A stretch of 64,000 nucleotides of DNA, taken from Styela clava (Eukaryota). Within the stretch, counting starts at the first letter, position 1. The number at the start of each line of letters is the position of its first letter. The notes beneath the pieces are model-generated. The model had not been told where the DNA came from. It saw only the letters and a list, made by a program, of their open reading frames with translations, and ran no database searches. The position numbers and the translations under genes were made by a program. The stretch lies in the NCBI RefSeq assembly GCF_964204865.1, contig NC_135253.1, forward strand, positions 18,600,001 through 18,664,000, written 5' to 3'. This document shows, one piece after another, positions 1 through 14,300 of this stretch.

Positions 1-333
1 GAGCGAAGAAATCGAAACCGCAATTTCTGTTCTGGAGGATCCCCTAACTTTCGTCGCTGCGAACGATTGTGTGCGATCGATACGTCGGCGGTCTCCGAAC
101 GCTATCTAGTTATTATTTCAGTTGATTAAAAGCAATCAATCACAATAGCTAGAAGTTGTAAGACAAAAAACAAAAACTTGAAAGATTAAAGATTAAAAGA
201 AAGTTTTTAGTTGTTGGAATATGTTAAAACATTGTGGTAACTCTTTAATACATGAATCCGTCCAAGCCAGAACAAAACAATATCTGATACTTCTCACCCT
301 CTATAGAGTCTATCTATATTCATGTATACTCAC

Positions 334-2894
334 TGTCGCAAATGTACTATCCAATATTCGTCCGCCATGGTTTGAGACAATGATTCCGTCAACCTTGTGT
401 TCAACTGCCTTAAGTGCCATTTCCGCTTAATATAAAAATAATGAAGTGTTCTTCAAAGAATGTTGGTAATCAATATTTTATCCATTTCTGATTTCCGTAT
501 TTGCAATACAAAGTCTAGAACGTAGAATCATAACAGTAGCCTACCTGTCAGAATTCCTTTAACCACTACAGGTAAGTCCGTAATTTCTTTTAACCAATTG
601 ATACTGTCCCATTCAACACTCCCATCCATCCAGGATTGAAACGCAGCAAATGCCGACTTGTCTGGTTCCACAATCTTGGTCGATTGTTCAATATTTCTGC
701 TTCTAAAGTAGCCAGAACATAATTCCACTTAAACGAGTTTAAATGCTCAGTATCTAATTGTTGGCATTGTGATTCTGGGTCATTATCAGCGTGTGTGCAG
801 TTTACAAATTTGTGTCGGCATGTTTCGAGAGCCTGACTTTTTGTGCTTGATTCTGTGCACTTTTTGTAAACTCAAATATTTTGATTTTAGGATAGTTTCT
901 ACGTTGTGAAACCTCGCTTGTGAACCAACGTTTCCCACTCCTTAAGAAATTCCTTTCAGTGAGGAATGTTAACCGTTTTTGGAGAATAATTTTGGTATGT
1001 ACTATCACTATGATATGTATTCACGAACACATAATAAACTGCACAAAACGGGCGTACGACTTGCGCATAACATTAGCAAAGGATTCAATAAAAATGAAAT
1101 AAAAGTAGTTTTATGTACAGGGATGGTGAAATAAAAATTTCCAAAATAGACGAAGAAAGAAATTTGACAAAAAGGTTGGGAAATACGGGAAACGTTCAAC
1201 GTGAAATAAGTTTTGAAGAGCCAAGAGTAAAACCCATTGATCCTGTCCGATTTAAGTAAAAATAAATGCAGAAATAAATCTTACCTAATGGATGTATCAA
1301 AGTTAAATGGTCTTCCGTCTTCGTATCTGTGGTCTCGATTTCTAAAAACCGGTTCATCGATAGTTACAATAAATCCTTTGAATTCGTTTTTTTCAGCTCT
1401 TCTCACAAAATGCTCTGTTACGATACGATTCTATGAAATATTTGAATATCAATAAACCAAATATTTGCAAATCTAGAATAGATAGAGACTTTGAATACAT
1501 ACATATGTATAGAAAATTTTTAACCGTCATCATTTAGGGTCTAAAGCAGTGGTTCTCATACTTTTTGAGCCGCCAGAATTTTTCAGAATTTGTCTCGCGA
1601 CCAACCTCAAAAATAACTAGCTAGCAATAAGCTACAAATAACAGATAGTAAGGCGAAATTATGTTTTATCCAACAAATACGTGTATAAAGGGACCTCCAG
1701 AAATATACGCACCAAGATACTTCTGGAGCACCGTAATAAAGAATTGGTAATGAGGGACGCGTTCCGCCGTTTGAGTACCACTGGTCTGAAGATTAGACAA
1801 TCGGAATGTTGTAGTTTGATATTCACAACTATTTCTATTTCCAGTATTATGTCAAACGTCGAACAATAATAGAATGAACTGATTTTCTATAACAGAGTTT
1901 TCATTTTTAAAGAATTTCGCGCTTACTCAGTCCGTTATTGTTAGACTGTTGCGTGAATTAAAACGGGGTGTTCGCCACGCATAATTTTTTTTATTATTGC
2001 AGACTTTCAAATGTAAACACATGTTTATTAATATTTACTTTTACGATTTCCTTTTTTCATACCAACCTTGGTCAATTGAAGTTGACACCATTTTATGCAG
2101 TTTGGCACCTCAGTTGCGATCTCTTCCATCGTTTTGTTACTCCATAAACTTACTGCCATTCCTACGCCAAGTGATTCGGCGGCTTAATAAAGATCATTTT
2201 ATATTTTGTAAAACTTGCAATTAATGTTTGCGATATATAATATTGAAAGAAATATATGCTGCAGTCACTTTACCTCTTGCAGTGCAAAATTCACCTTCTG
2301 GTGCACACAGACGATGAAATGCCGTTGGTGCAATACATATTGGAAAAGGTACTTTCGAACCAATTACTTCTGTCGCACAATCCACTCTGCTAACGTTCGT
2401 TAAATTCCTGGGTCGAAATCGCCATCTGTGTATAATATTGCATTTGAAATATTTCTCCCATTATTTTTTGATTCATTTATCCAACAACCATAACCCAGCA
2501 GTATTGAAGCAATACTTTTAAATAATGTTTGAGAAATATTATTTTCATGAATTCTCGAAGTTTGCTCTAAATTTGAATTTATAAGATATAACTTGTGCAA
2601 AATTCGAGATAGCGCACCAAGTTAGTAGCCGTGTCAAGTGTTATAAGAGCAAAACAACAATATCCACCCAGCACATCAAGTATTCAAGTAAAAACAGAAG
2701 TAATAGGCCAAAAAAAAACGTCAAAATGTTATTCGCCATATTAAATCGTTAATTTCCCTTTTAAATGCTTCACAATTTTCTTTTACAGTTTCTCCTCCTA
2801 CAGCTCCTGCAGCAAAGTAGCCCCAATCATGTTGCGATAACTTTTTTCGAGCCTCTCCCTCATAATCGCTTACTGATAGCAATAAATTATCCAT
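334..2894 (-). CDS. HAO1: Hydroxyacid oxidase-like copy 1, exons 1-6 (exons 7-9 expected left of the window)
   Basis: Exons 2758-2894, 2274-2425, 2067-2182, 1285-1430, 545-702, 334-425 splice in frame ([12 protein letters not shown]...FRPRNL...IAPTAFH...VTIDEP...VVKGILT...SNHGGRILD). Intron 1 donor GG, intron 2 acceptor AAG, G151E. No frameshift seen. HAO1 versus HAO2 orthology not resolved. Confidence 0.85.
1547..1783. mobile_element. hAT (Charlie/Buster-type) MITE in intron 3, internally deleted version
   Basis: TIR CAGTGGTTCTCA...TGAGTACCACTG; 8-bp TSD GTCTAAAG/GTCTGAAG. Confidence 0.85.
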
Positions 2895-2925
2895 GGACAG
2901 AAGGTTTAAACTCTTCGCAGGTAAA

Positions 2926-3150
2926 CTAATATTGTAAGCATGTAGGAAAAGCACACACATATATAAGGGATTTATTTGCAATTCAACTCATGAGTCGACA
3001 GAATCAAAGATTCCCGGAAACAATACAATTGATTGCTTGAATTGATTAAACCTTCTCGGTAGGATTCAAAATAGGTAACAAAAAATATCAATTGCGCGAA
3101 GTCTGGATCGTCACATACAAAATCTTTCTAATCTAAAATATACATCTTAC
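2926..3150 (-). other. Predicted 5'-UTR intron of the HAO gene
   Basis: Donor GTAAGA at 3150 and branch/acceptor GCTTAC...TTAG ending 31 nt before ATG. Both conserved in copy 8 (GTAAGC at 55139; GCTTACAATTTCAG ending 55733). Confidence 0.55.
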
Positions 3151-4201
3151 TTCTGTCTACATTTAGAATTCAACACAACCCCTGCAATGGTTATTTGAAT
3201 CAGTCGACAACTGAAATCGCTATCGCAATCGCGCAACTCATTTCGAGTCCAAATTGCAACAAAAGTCAAGTGCGATTTTTTTTATCACTGCCATTACCAT
3301 ATCTACTGGTGAGTTTGCAACACGTTCTAAACAAACACCGTTGTCGCCACATTGTATGTATACACTGATTCATTCAGGAAAACCATGCTTGAAGTATAAA
3401 TCCAGGGAACTAACCACACTCGTTTTAACGAATGTCACACATGGCAGTGAGAAAATTCTCCAAACTAGCTGAGCTAGTTTAAGTACCAAGTTTATTGCAT
3501 TGCCGTTAAAGCCTCCAATGACGTTTGAATCATGAAAGGTTCCTGTGGTTACATCTCTTGGTGATGCTCGGAGTCTTTCAAATAAATGAGCGTTTCTGTA
3601 TATGCCAGACCGTCTCTGCGCACTTAAACGTACTTATATATATCTGAATAAATTTTTATTCGACTCTCTGTGACACTTTCTATTCAATCTTTTTCACGCG
3701 TCCTTCACCCCGAAAGACTATTTTGTCTCCTATTTTACACTGTATGCATACGTTAAGTACTTTCAGTATTGATGGAAAAGAGAATTGCTGATTGACTGAC
3801 GTACGTTATGTGCAGTAGATGTAGTTTTGTTAATTAGATTTCAGTTTAACTTTTATGTTTTTCAGACTTTCTTGTCGTTTAGTTTGAAGTCCTTTTTGTT
3901 TTTGTACAGTTTGGGCAGTTTATAATGTGTCCATATATAAACATATAAATATAAACTAAAAAATATTATTAGTACAACAACAAAAACAAAATTCTTCTTT
4001 AAGTACGACTAAATTCTTCTTGGTTGGGAAAAGTGGGTTAAGTTAATTGCAAGCGTTAACTAGCTAATATTGATTAACCTATTAACCGGCTGAACTGTCT
4101 TAATTTTAAAGACGCCACAAAAACGATATGGTTTATTTAGTGTCTTGCAGCACCGTCCGCTGAAGACAAACATCGCGAAGAAAATTTTCCCACTACCTTG
4201 T

Positions 4202-4387
4202 GGTTCCATTACATTTGAACCCACGTACATTTGAACCCATGGCAATCGCACCTGCATACTATTGCACCTATGGAATTTTTTTTGTTTTACGGATATTTGA
4301 ACCCATACTCACCCTAACCCATGGGTTTTAGCACCCGTATATATTTCAACCCGCGGATATACGCATGGGTTCAAATGTACGGTCACC
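4202..4387. mobile_element. Mutator/Foldback-like MITE in the intergenic spacer
   Basis: GG...CC termini, inverted TACATTTGAACCCA motifs, 9-bp TSD CTACCTTGT/CTACGTTGT. Copies at 10516-10701, 17109-17295, 24654-24840, 31251-31437, 43860-44046. Confidence 0.75.
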
Positions 4388-7300
4388 CTACGTTGTACCA
4401 CTAACTCATTGTATATATATAAGACCAATTGCTGTTTCTGTATTAAACGTATATTCCCGTATAGCCATCTACCTATCCTTAAAGACGTTTCTAAACACTC
4501 TACGTGGATAGACCGCGTAAAACTATCTATAGAAAATTGCCCTATAATAGCGCAAAGCCATAGTTCACGCTGCCCCAGGCAACAGTTATAATAAATTCAA
4601 CCATTTCGACAAATCTAATGTATGTCATTTTTATATAATTATCTTTTTTTTTATCACGAATTGGCGGCCGCGATATATTTCTGTAGTATTGAATTAGAAT
4701 GTCAAAAACTCCCACATTGATTTATAACGCATCATATCCTTTCTTTGTTCTGTGTAGGATTCACGTCTTGCAGTGCAAGCAGAAAACGAACGCTTCGGGA
4801 CTTACCCTCGCTATACTAGATTTGTTACTATGATGTCATAATTTGGCCTTGTACTAACTTATCAATTATCGACATTTTTCTTTGTCGAATAATAAACTGT
4901 AACTTTGCAATGTACTGGCGATGTAATTAAAGACTTCACAAAAAATATTAATATCAGCATTTGCGCAAATCATATCGACCAATTTATCAATTTCTGCATA
5001 TTTATTATGTCCTGGAGAAATTTAATTCAAAGTTTCGAGAAATATCTTGTTTCGTGAACAACTATGTCTGGTGTCGTTTGCAATTCTTCTATTGTAGAAA
5101 CACCTGGAAACAAATTTATATAAATGAAGCATGTTATTCGTTAGTTGCAAAATGTAGCTTACTTTGTTTCACTTTTCGGCTGGTCTGTTAGAATTTATGG
5201 TGAGGTGTACATGATCGTGATTTTCACTCGCTATCTGGTAATTGAAATTTAGTGTGAATTTGATCTGTTTTAGTTACGGTATCACTTATTGCAAGTTGGT
5301 AATTTTGGCTGTTATTTGAAGTTTAGCATTGGAATCACTTTGGTTTTCTCAATAAAATTGTGAAAAACCACCAACTAATATCATGTTTTTGCATTAGGTT
5401 AAATGCCTCCAAAGCTCTTCAACGAAGTAAAACTGGAGTTGAAAAAGAAATCTTTTTCAATAGTGTTTAATTTAAGAAACAAGTTTTATTAAAAACGTTC
5501 AAACATGTAGTACATGCCGGAATAGCACCAATGTTGCATTATGTTATATTAGGTATAAAGACTACCAACTCACCAAGAAATTGCATGGTGTAGATAAATT
5601 CGTTTTTGAGAATTCCTAGAACATTCCTCACACCTTCTTCCCCCTGAAAGGTATTGTTTCGTTTTACTATTGTCATATCAACAAAATATTCTACATGTCT
5701 ATTAGAATACTTTGCACTAATTTCAGGAAAAATTCACTTTTTGCAAATGTAATCTTACTCTAGTTTCCGAAAGGGATGATCCTAAAATAAAATCGGCCAC
5801 ATGTTTCACCATCGACCATCATATATAATAATAGCAAATTGGATAACTCTTGGTATGTTGGCTCTCTTGAAAATATATGTTAAATACAGAAATGATCTTG
5901 TTACATACTTTGCATGCCAGTCCCCAGATTATGGGTCTTCCAACAAAAACCGCTTTTGCTCCGAGAGCGATTGCTTTTGCTATGTCTGTTCCTTTACGGA
6001 ATCCTCCGTCAAAATAAACATCAACTCTGCCATTCACGGCCTTCACTACTTCTGGAAGAACATCTATCTAAAATCGTGTTCAGTAAAAATGTTCAGTTTT
6101 AAACTTGAAATTCAAGTATTTACATAGAAGATGAAAATCATGGATATGGACATAAACTTACATGGACGTGATAACACAACAATCATTGGTATAATATGAT
6201 CTTCTGCTTTATTAAAAAATGTATTCAGCGGCAGAAAATTCACAAATGAATGGGAATTAAAATCTTGCTTCGATTGGACTTTACGAAACAGATTTAGGTT
6301 TAAATTCTCTTCGCGAATGAAAAGACGTTAAAAGGAAAAATGATATGAACAACATGCGTTTCCTATTTTCTCTTTCATTGCTTATCGATCTTGTTCGGTA
6401 AATATGTTGATAAGTGTTTGTCTGTCTGTTAGACTATTTCGTATGCTACGTGATATCTCACGGAAGCGAGGTTGAATCTGCTCCAAATTTTCCATGATCA
6501 TTCATCATATATCGAACCAGAAGCCTATTGATTTTGCATTGAAATATGTCGTATAGGCGAGATATTGATTAATTAGTGATGGGACACGCGATGTCGCTAT
6601 GGAGTCAGAGAGATAGAATTGCCATTTCCGCTTAATATAAAAATAATGAAGTGTTCTTCAAAGAATGTTGGTAATCAATATTTTATCCATTTCTGATTTC
6701 CGTATTTGCAATACAAAGCCTAGAACGTAGAATCATAACAGTAGCCTACCTGTCAGAATTCCTTTAACCACTACAGGTAAGTCCGTAATTTCTTTCAACC
6801 AATCGATACTGTCCCATTCAACACTTCCATTTCATCCAGGATTGAAACGCAGCAAATGCCGACTGGTCAGGTTCCACAATCTTGGTCGATTGTTCAATAT
6901 TTCTGCTTCTAAAGTGGCCAGAACATAATTTCACATAAACGAGTTTAAATGCTCAGTATCTAATTGTTGGCATTGCGATTCTGGGTCATTATCAGCGTGT
7001 GTGCAGTTTACAAATTTGTGTCGGCATGTTTCGAGAGCCTGACTTTTTGTGCTTGATTTTGTGCACTTTTTGTAAACTCAAATATTTTGATTTTAGGATA
7101 GTTTCTACGTTGTGAAACCTCGCTTGTGAACCAACGTTTCCCACTCCTTAAGAAATTCCTTTCAGTGAGGAATGTTAACCGTTTTTGACAAATAATTTTG
7201 GTATGTACTATCACTATGATATGTATTCACGAACACATAATAAACTGCACAAAACGGGCGTGCGACTTGCGCATAACTATAGCAAAGGATCCAATAAAAA

Positions 7301-7755
7301 TGAAACAAATAAAGTAGTTTTATGTACAGGGATGGAGAAATAAAAAATTCCAAAATAGACGAAGAAAGAAATTTGACAAAAAGGTTGGGAAACACGGGAA
7401 ACGTTCAACATGAAATAAGTTTTGAAGAGCCAAGAGTAAAATCCATTGATCCTGTCCGATTTAAGTGAAAATAAATGCAGAAATAAATCTTACCTAATGG
7501 ATGTATCAAAGTTAAATGGTCTTCCGTCTTCGTATCTGTGGTCACGATTTCTAAAAACCGGTTCATCGATAGTTACAATAAATCCTTTGAATCCGTTTTG
7601 TTCAGCTCTTCTCACAAAATGCTCTGTTACGATACGATTCTATGAAATATTTGAATATCAATAAGCCAAATATTTGCAAATCTAGAATAGATAGAGACTT
7701 CATTTACACACATATGTATAGAAAATTTTTAACCGTCATCATTTAGGGTCTAAAG

Positions 7756-8066
7756 CAGTGGTTCCCAAACTTTTTGAGCCGCGCCTCATTTTTAGAATTA
7801 GTCAAGTCTCGCGACCAACCTCAAAAATAACTAGCTAGCAATAAGCTACAAATAACAGATAGTAAGGCGAAATTTTGTTTTATCCAACAAATACCTGTAT
7901 ATAAGGACCTCCAGAAATATGCGCACCAAGATGGCGCACAACCTGAACATAGTATGTGTGTACCGGTTAGGGTTCAGGTTGTGCGACATCTTGGTGTGCA
8001 TACTTCTGGAGCACCGTAATAAAGAATTGTTAATGAGGGACGCGTTCCGCCGTTTGAGTACCACTG
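7756..8066. mobile_element. hAT MITE in intron 3 (311 bp), shared by all array units
   Basis: Perfect TSD GTCTAAAG (7748-7755, 8067-8074). Equivalent copies at 14355-14665, 21895-22205, 28494-28804, 35190-35500, 39311-39621, 49532-49835. Absent from copy 8. Confidence 0.9.
7909..8011. repeat. About 100-bp foldback element nested in the intron-3 hAT MITE
   Basis: 40-bp arm CTCCAGAAATATGCGCACCAAGATGGCGCACAACCTGAAC pairs with GTTCAGGTTGTGCGACATCTTGGTGTGCATACTTCTGGAG. Related terminus (CATACTTCTGG) in a repeat at about 57129-57337. Confidence 0.8.
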
Positions 8067-11000
8067 GTCTAAAGATTAGACAATCGGAATGTTGTAGTTT
8101 GATATTCACAACTATTTCTATTTCCAGTATTATGTCAAACGTCGAAAAATAATAGAATGAACTGATTTTCTATAACAGAGTTTTCTTTTTTAAGAATTTC
8201 GTGCTTATTCAGTCCGTCATTGATAAACTGTTGCTTGTATTAAGACGGGGTGTTCGCCGCGTATAAATTTTTTATTATCGCAGACTTCTAAATGTAAACA
8301 CGTGTTTATTACTATTTATTTTTACAATTTACTTTTATCATACCAACCTTAGTTAATTGAAGTTGACACCATTTTATGCAGTTTGGCACCTCAGTTGCGA
8401 TCTCTTCCATAGTTTTGTTACTCCATAAACTTACTGCCATTCCTACGCCAATTGATTCGGCGGCTGAATAAAAATCATTTTATATTGTGTTTTATTGTGT
8501 GTTATTAACTCAATCTAATGTTCGAGATATATAATATTGAAAGAAATATATGCTGCAGTCTATTTACCTCTTGCAGTACAAAATTCACCTTCTGGCGCAC
8601 ACAGACGATGAAATGCCGTTGGTGCAATACATATTGGAAAAGGTACTTTCGAACCAATTACTTCTGTCGCACAATTCACTCTGCTAACGTTCTTTAAATT
8701 CCTGGGTCGAAATCGCCATCTGTGTATAATATTGCATTTGAAATATTTTTCTCATTATTTTTTGATTCATTTATCCAACAACCATAACCTAGCAGTATTG
8801 GAGCAATACTTTTAAATAATGTTTGAGAAATATTATTTTCATGAATTCTCGAAGTTTGCTCTAAATTTGAATTCATAAGATATAACTTGTGCAAAATTCG
8901 AGATAGCGCACCAAGTTAGTAGCCGTGCAAAGTGTTATAAGAGCAAAACAACAATATCAACCCAGCACATCAAGTATTCAAGTAAAAACAGAAGTAATAG
9001 GCCAAAAAAAAAACGTCAAAATGTTATTCGCCATATTAAATCGTTAATTTCCCTTTTAAATGCTTCACAATTTTCTTTTATGGTTTCTCCTCCTACAGCT
9101 CCTGCAGCAAAGTAGCCCCAATCATGTTGCGATAACTTTTTTCGAGCCTCTCCCTCATAATCGCTTACTGATAGCAATAAATTATCCATGGACAGAAGGT
9201 TTAAACTCTTCGCCAGTAAACTAAAATTGTAAGCATGTAGGAAAAGCACACACATATATAAGGGATTTACTTGCAATTCAACTCATGAGTCGACAGAATC
9301 AAAGATTCCTGGAAACAATACAATTGATTGCTTGAATTGATTAAACCTTCTCGGTAGGATTCAAAATAGGTAACAAAAAATATCAATTGCGCGAAGTCTG
9401 GATCGTCACATACAAAATCTTTCTAATCTAAAATATACATCTTACTTCTGTCTACATTTAGAATTCAACACAACCCCTGCAATGGTTATTTGAATCAGTC
9501 GACAACTGAAATCGCTATCGCAATCGCTCAACTCATTTCGAGTCCAAATTGCAACAAAAGTCAAGTGCGATTTTTTTTATCACTGCCATTACCATATCTA
9601 CTGGTGAGTTTGCGACACGTTCTAAACAAACACCGTTGTCGCCACATTGTATGTATACACTGATTCATTCAGGAAAACCATGCTTGAAGTATAAATCCAG
9701 GGAACTAACCACACTCGTTTTAACGAATGTCACACATGGCAGTGAGAAAATTCTCCAAACTAGCTGAGCTAGTTTAAGTACCAAGTTTATTGCATTGCCG
9801 TTAAAGCCTCCAATGACGTTTGAATCATGAAAGGTTCCTGTGGTTACATCTCTTGGTGATGCTCGGAGTCTTTCAAATAAATGAGCGTTTCTGTATATGC
9901 CAGACCGTCTCTGCGCACTTAAACATACTTATATATATCTGAATAAATTTTTAATCGACTCTCTGTGACACTTTCTATTCAATCTTTTTTTTTGTGTACT
10001 GTTTTTTTCACGCGTCCTTCACCCCGAAAGACTATTTTGTCTCCTATTTTACACTGTATGCATACGTCAAGTACTTTCAGTATTGATGGAAAAGAGAATT
10101 GCTGATTGACTGACGTACGTTATGTGCAGTAGATGTAGTTTTGTTAATTAGATTTCAGTTTAACTTTTATGTTTTTCAGACTTTCTTGTCGTTTAGTTTG
10201 AAGTCCTTTTTGTTTTTGTACAGTTTGGGCAGTTTATAATGTGTCCATATATAAACATATAAATATAAACTAAAAAATATTATTAGTACAACAACAAAAA
10301 CAAAATTCTTCTTTAAGTACGACTAAATTCTTCTTGGTTGGGAAAAGTGGGTTAATTTAATTGCAAGCGTTAACTAGCTAATATTGATTAACCAATTAAC
10401 CGGCTGAACTGTCTTAATTTTAAAGACGTCACAAAAACGATATGGTTTATTTAGTGTCTTGCAGCACCGTCCGCTGAAGACAAACATCGCGAAGAAAATT
10501 TTCCCACTACCTTGTGGTTCCATTACATTTGAACCCACGTACATTTGAACCCATGGCAATCGCACCTGCATACTATTGCACCTATGGAATTTTTTTTGTT
10601 TTACGGATATTTGAACCCATACTCACCCTAACCCATGGGTTTTAGCACCCGTATATATTTCAACCCGCGGATATACGCATGGGTTCAAATGTACGGTCAC
10701 CCTACGTTGTACCACTAACTCATTGTATATATATAAGACCAATTGCTGTTTCTGTATTAAACGTATATTCCCGTATAGCCATCTACCTATCCTTAAAGAC
10801 GTTTCTAAACACTCTACGTGGATAGACCGCGTAAAACTATCTATAGAAAATTGCCCTATAATAGCGCAAAGCCATAGTTCACGCTGCCCCAGGCAACAAT
10901 TATAATAAATTCAACCATTTCGACAAATCTAATGTATGTCATTTTCATATAATTATCTTTTTTTTTATCACGAATTGGCGGCCGCGATATATTTCTGTAG

Positions 11001-11340
11001 TATTGAATTAGAATGTCAAAAACTCCCAAATTGATTTATAACGCATCATATCCTTACTTTGTTCTGTGTGGGATTCACGTCTTGCAGTGCAAGCAGAAAA
11101 CGAACGCTTCGGGACTTACCCTCGCTATACTAGATTTGTCACTATGATGTCATAATTTGGCCTTGTACTAACCTATGAATTATCGACATTTTTCTTTGTC
11201 GCATAATAAACTGTAACTTTTCAATGTACTGGCGATGTAATTAAAGACTTCACAAAAAATATTAATATCAGCATTTGCGCAAATCATATCGACCAATTTA
11301 TCAATTTCTGCATATTTATTATGTCCTCGAGAAATTTAAT

Positions 11341-14300
11341 TCAAAGTTTCGAGAAATATCTTGTTTCGTGAACAACTATGTCTGGTGTCGTTTGCAATTC
11401 TTCTATTGTAGAAACACCTGGAAACAAATTTATATAAATGAAGCATGTTACTCGTTAGTCGCAAAATGTAGCTTACTTTGTTTCACTTTTCGGCTGGTCT
11501 GTTAGAATTTATGGTGAGGTGTACATGATCGTGATTTTCACTCGATATCTGGTAATTGAAATTTAGTGTGAATTTGATCTGTTTTAGTTACGGTATCACT
11601 TATTGCAAGTTGGTAATTTTGGCTTTTATTTGAAGTTTAGCATTGGAATCACTTTGGTTTTCTCAATAAAATTGTGAAAAACCACAAACTAATATCATGT
11701 TTTTGCATTAGGTTAAATGCCTCCAAAGCTCTTCAACGAAGTAAAACTGGAGTTGAAAAAGAAATCTTTTTCAATAGTGTTTAATTTAAGAAACAAGTTT
11801 TATTAAAAACGTTCAAACATATAGTACATACCGGAATAGCACCAATGTTGCATTATGTTATATTAGATATAAAGACTACCAACTCACCAAGAAATTGCAT
11901 GGTGTAGATAAATTCGTTTTTGAGAATTTCTAGAACATTCCTCACACCTTCTTCCCCCTGAAAGGTATTGTTTCGTTTTACTATTGTCATACCAACAAAA
12001 TATTCTACATGTCTATTAGAATACTTTGCACACTTTTTGCGAATGTAACCTTACTCTAGTTTCCGAAAGGGATGATTCTAAATAAAATCGGCCACATGTT
12101 TCACCATCGACCATCATATATAATAATAGCAAATTGGATAACTCTCGATATGTTGGCTCTCTTGAACATATATGTTAAATACAGAAATGATCTTGTTACA
12201 TACTTTGCATGCCAGTCCCCAGATTATGGGTCTTCCAACAAAAACCGCTTTTGCTCCGAGAGCGATTGCTTTTGCTATGTCTGTTCCTTTACGGATTCCT
12301 CCGTCAAAATAAACATCAACTCTGCCATTCACGGCCTTCACTACTTCTGGAAGAACATCTATCTAAAATTGTGTTCAGTAAAAATGTTCAGTTTTAAACT
12401 TGAAATTCAAGTATTTACATAGAAGATGAAAATCATGGATATGGACATAAACTTACATGGACGTGATAACACAGCAATCATTGGTATAAAATGATTTTCT
12501 GCTTTATTAAAAAATGTATTCAGCGGCAGAAAATTCACAAATGGGAATAAAAATCTTGCTTCGATTGGACTTTACGAAACAGATTTAGGTTTAAATTCTC
12601 TTCGCGAATGAAAAGACGTTAAAAGGAAAAATGATATGAACAACATGCGTTTCCTATTTTCTCTTTCATTGCTTATCGATCTCGTTCGGTAAATATGTTG
12701 ATAAGTGTTTGTCTGTCTGTTAGACTATTTCGTATGCTACGTGATATCTCACGGAAGCGAGGTTGAATTTTCTCCAAATTTCCCATGATCATTCATCATA
12801 TATCGAACCAGAAGCCTATTGATTTTGCATTGAAATATGTCGTATAGGCGAGTTATTGATTAATTAGTGATGGGACACGCGGTGTCGCTATGGAGTCAGA
12901 GAGATAGAATCGAAACCGCAGTTTCTGTTCTGGAGGATCCCCTACCTTTTGACAAAAAAACGAAAACTTGAAAGATTAAAGATTAACACAAAGTTTGTAG
13001 TTGTCGGAATATGTTAAAACATTGTGGTAACTCTTAATACATGAATCCGTCGAAGCCAGAACAGAACAATATCTGATATTTCTAACCCTCTATAGAGTCT
13101 ATATTCATGTATACTCACTGTCGCGAATGTACTATCCAATATTCGTCCGCCATGGTTTGATACAATGATTCCGTCAACCTTGTGTTCAACTGCCTTAATT
13201 GCCATTTCCGCTTAATATAAAAATAATGAAATGTTCTTCAAAGAATGTTTGTATTCAATGTTTTATCCATTTCTGGTTTCCGTATTTGCAATACAAAGCC
13301 TAGAACGTAGAATAACTTAAAATAGTTTAAAATTATAGCAATAGCTTACCTGTCAGAATTCCTTTAACCACTACAGGTAAGTCCGTAATTTCTTTCAACC
13401 AATCGATACTGTCCCATTCAACACTTCCATTCATCCAGGATTGAAACGCAGCAAATGCCGACTGGTCAGGTTCCACAATCTTGGTCGATTGTTCAATATT
13501 TCTGCTTCTAAAGTAGCCAGAACATAATTCCACTTAAACGAGTTTAAATGCTCAGTATCTAATTGATGGCATTGCGATTTTGGGTAATTATCAGCGTGTG
13601 TGCAGTTTACAAATTTGTGTCGTCATGTTTTGAGGGCCTGACTTTTTGTGCTCGATTTTGTGCACTTTTTGTAAACTCAAATATTTCGATTTTAGGATAG
13701 TTTCTACGTTGTGAAACCTCGCTTGTGAACCAACGTTTCCCACTCCTTAAGAAATTCCTTTCAGTGAGGAATGTTAACCGTTTTTGGAGAATAATTTTGG
13801 TATGTACTATCACTATGATATGTATTCACGAACACATAATAAACTACACAAAACGGGCGTACGACTTGCGCATAACTATAGCAAAGGATCCATTAAAAAT
13901 GAAACAAATGAAGTAGTTTTATGTACAGGGATGGAGGAATGAAAAATTCCAAAATAGACGAAGAAAGAAATTTGACAAAAAGGTTGGGAAACACGGGAAA
14001 CGTTCAACGTGAAATAAGTTTTGAAGAGCCAAGAGTAAAACCCATTGATCCTGTCCGATTTAAGTGAAAATAAAGGCAGAAATAAATCTTACCTAATGGA
14101 TGTATCAAAGTTAAATAGTCTTCCGTCTTCGTATCTGTGGTCACGATTTCTAAAAACCGGTTCATCGATAGTTACAATAAATCCTTTGAATCCGTTTTGT
14201 TCAGCTCTTCTCACAAAATGCTCTGTTACGATACGATTCTATGAAATATTTGAATATCAATAAGCCAAATATTTGCAAATCTAGAATAGATAGAGACTTC

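Larger units (their letters stand above)
5027..9189 (-). pseudogene. HAO1: Hydroxyacid oxidase-like copy 2, pseudogene
   Basis: Most of exon 6, including catalytic SNHGGR, is deleted (junction gatagAAT|tgccatt at about 6619). Extra T at 6830-6832 frameshifts exon 5. Confidence 0.92.

Noticed and set aside
2733-2740. ATGGCGA repeated early in intron 1 and at the start of exon 2
   Set aside because: Only 7 bp and absent from copy 8; chance is sufficient.
2730-2790. Alternative canonical donors for intron 1
   Set aside because: TG|GCGAAT creates TGA on splicing. T|GTGAAG and GAA|GCATTT are the wrong phase. ACT|GTAAAA exists only in copy 1 and is phase 0.
4202-4387. CRISPR-like or telomeric repeats (ACATTTGAACCC, CCCTAACCC)
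   Set aside because: No regular repeat-spacer period; the motifs are internal to a TSD-flanked MITE.
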